A stretch of DNA of 64,000 nt from Octopus bimaculoides (Eukaryota): positions 127,412,060-127,476,059 of the forward strand of contig NC_068985.1 of NCBI RefSeq assembly GCF_001194135.2. Direction: 5' to 3'. The notes below the pieces were generated by a model. The model was not told the origin of the DNA, did no database searches, and saw nothing but the letters and a program-made list of their open reading frames with translations. The position numbers were made by a program, and so were the translations under genes. Positions within the stretch are counted from its first letter, which is position 1. The number at the start of each line of letters is the position of its first letter. Shown here in pieces: positions 61,767 through 64,000 of the stretch.

Positions 61767-62990
61767 GGTCCCCGTTTATATGGCCAGTGTTCGAATTTTG
61801 GTCCCTGACTTTATGGCCACTGTTCAATTTTTGGTCCCCGACTTTATGGCCAGTGTTCAATTTTTGGTCCCCGACTTTATGGCCACTTCAATTTTTGGAC
61901 CCCGTCTTTATGGCCAGTGTGCAATTATTCGTCCCCGACTTTATGGCCAGTGTGTAACTTTTGGTCCCCGACTTTATGGCCAGTGTTCAATTTTTGGTCC
62001 CCGACTTCATGGCCAGTGTACAATTTTTGGTCCCCGACCTTATGGCCAGTGTTCAATTTTCGGTTTCCATCTTTATGGCCAGTGTGCGATTTTTGGTCCC
62101 CCATGGCCAGTGTTCAATTATAGGTCCCCGACTTTATGGCCACTGTTCAATATTTGGTCCCCGTCTTTATGGCCAGTGTGCAGTTATTCGTCCCCGACTT
62201 TATGGCCAGTGTTGAATTTCTGGTCCCCGTCTTTATGGTCAGTGTTCAATTTTCGGTCCCCGACTTTATGGCCAGTGTTCAGTTTTTGGTCCCCGACTTT
62301 ATGGCCAGTGTGCAATTATTCGTCCCCGACCACAGGGCCACTGTGCAACATGTGGTCCCCGTCTTCATGGCCAGTGTGCAATATTTGGTCCCGACTTTAT
62401 GACCAGTTTGCGATTTTTGGTCCCCGTCTTTATGGCTAGTGTGCAATATTTGGTCCTCGACTTTATGGCCAGTGTGCGATTTTTGGTCCCTCATTTTATG
62501 GCCAGTGTTCAATGATAGGTCCCCGACTTTATGGCCAGTGTTCAATATTTGGTCCCCGTCTTTATGGCCAGTGTGCAATTATTCGTCCCCGACTTTATGG
62601 CCAGTGTGCGAATTTTGGTCCCCGAATTTATGGCCAGTGTGCGATTTTTGGTCCCCGACTTTATAGCCTGTATTCAATTTTAGGTCCCCGTCTTTATGGC
62701 CACTGTGCGGTTTTTGGTCCCCGAATTTATGGCCAGTGTTCAATTTTTGGTCCCCGTCTTTATGGCCAGTGTACAATTGTTGGTCCCCGTCTTTATGGCC
62801 AGTGTGCGATTTTTGGTCCCCGACTTTATGGCCAGTGTGCGATTTTTGGTACCCGTCTATATGGCCAGTGTGCAATTATTGGTCCCCGACTTTATGGCCA
62901 GTTTCGAATTTCTGGTCCCCGACTTTATGGCCGGTGTGCGATTTTTGTTCCCCGACTTTATGGCCAGTGTTCAATTTTTGGTCCCTGACT
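61767..62990. repeat. 33-bp minisatellite, ~37 units
   Basis: Consensus GGTCCCCG(A/T)CTTTATGGCCAGTGT(T/G)C(A/G)ATT(T/A)TT; gives an 11-aa periodicity in the ORF track. Confidence 0.95.
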
Positions 62991-63789
62991 ATATATATAC
63001 AGGTAGATGAAGGTATGTACATACATGTACGTACATATGCATATACTCATATATTATTTGTATTTTATTGAAGGAATCCGCGTTCTTCCTATCAAGTTCA
63101 CAGGTGCCCTTAACTCCGTCAGACCCATTAAACTTCACTTTTTCCGGGATAACACTTAACCCCTCCCCCTTTCATCTCCTAATCACTTGGTTACCCTTTT
63201 GTCTCTCTCTACCTGACAACGACACGTCGGCGCCGCAAGAACGTGCCTGGCGCCGCAAGGTCGTGTCTGATGCCGCAAGAACGTGCCCCCCACTGGCTTT
63301 GCAAACAGGCTAATGTCTGTTCCCCCCGATCAGAAAGATAGTCCATTGCAGGGAAATCTATTTACAATTGAGTGGACTGCAGCAATATGAAATGAGGTGT
63401 TTTGCTCAAGAATACAATATACTGCTCAGTATGGGAATTGAACCCACAATCTAGCCACTGTGAGTGCAACACCCTAACCACTAGGTCACACGCCTTCACA
63501 CACACACATGTATACATATCCATAGACTTACATATGTATGGCAATCATTTTTATGTCTGTTTTCCACGCTAGCATGGGTTAGATGTATATATATTTGATG
63601 ATTTTTATTTACGTCTGGATCCCATTCATATCTTTAACCCTTACCTATTGCTCAAGTAAGGGATCTCTTATTCCAATGATTTATTCATTAACAGGGAAAA
63701 CGATAACAATCTAATCGCTCATAGCTAAAAAAAATTGTCAGAGACAGCAAATGTAAACACGAAATATTTGAGCAGAAGTTGTAATTAAG

Positions 63790-63960
63790 GCGTAAGTGAG
63801 AGAATGTTTTGGTTCTGTCAGGTGTCAGTTACGGAAGTGAGGATCAGAGCATGCGTAATGGTGAGCGGAAGAGGTCAGAGGGCAACTGGGTGTCATGGAA
63901 ACCGAACGTGTTTGCAACGAAGAGAAGAAAACCTTCCCCTCCAGACTGTCGACAGGTAAG
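63790..63960 (+). promoter_or_regulatory. Possible promoter and first exon of a downstream gene
   Basis: CpG-rich; ETS-like CGGAAGTG (~63836); ATG in good context gtcATGG (63895); consensus donor CAG|GTAAGA at 63956. Confidence 0.35.
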
Positions 63961-64000
63961 AAGAAAAGCTCATTTCTCCTTGTTTTTTTAATGGCAACCC

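Noticed and set aside
61767-62990. CRISPR-like look (constant core + variable segment) of the 33-bp array
   Set aside because: The variable parts are homologous variants of one ~13-bp sequence, there are no cas genes, and the context is eukaryotic.
61733-63071. Long overlapping ORFs (e.g. 61753-62439, 228 aa) as real proteins
   Set aside because: They are by-products of a stop-free 33-bp unit; they are broken by indels and have no unique domain or splice context.

Overview
AT-rich, microsatellite-dense eukaryotic scaffold with 7 N-gaps. The repeat content and the intronless C2H2 array suggest a cephalopod such as Octopus (inference). Three protein-coding genes are supported. (1) The last 7 coding exons of CCAR1 (+, 961-11657). 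(2) A two-coding-exon MMAA/MeaB GTPase (-, 28343-38621), convergent with CCAR1. (3) An intronless C2H2 zinc-finger gene with 15 intact fingers and 1 degenerate finger (+, ~56338-57702). A possible promoter and first exon lies at the right edge. The rest is a dense TE landscape: three tRNA-head SINE families, many 3'-tail copies of an RTE LINE, decayed RTE/CR1-type RT fragments, three mariner relics, DD37D-type pieces, hAT MITEs with target-site duplications, a Ty3/gypsy fragment and a Helitron-like element. The most unusual structures are an 819-bp near-perfect palindrome, a nested inverted-repeat element containing head-to-head TTAGGG/CCCTAA repeats, a mariner patch inside a LINE tail, and a 33-bp minisatellite open in 4 of 6 frames next to a Helitron end. 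No clearly new biological system is demonstrable from sequence alone. Family names and alignments to human proteins come from motif recall, not database searches.
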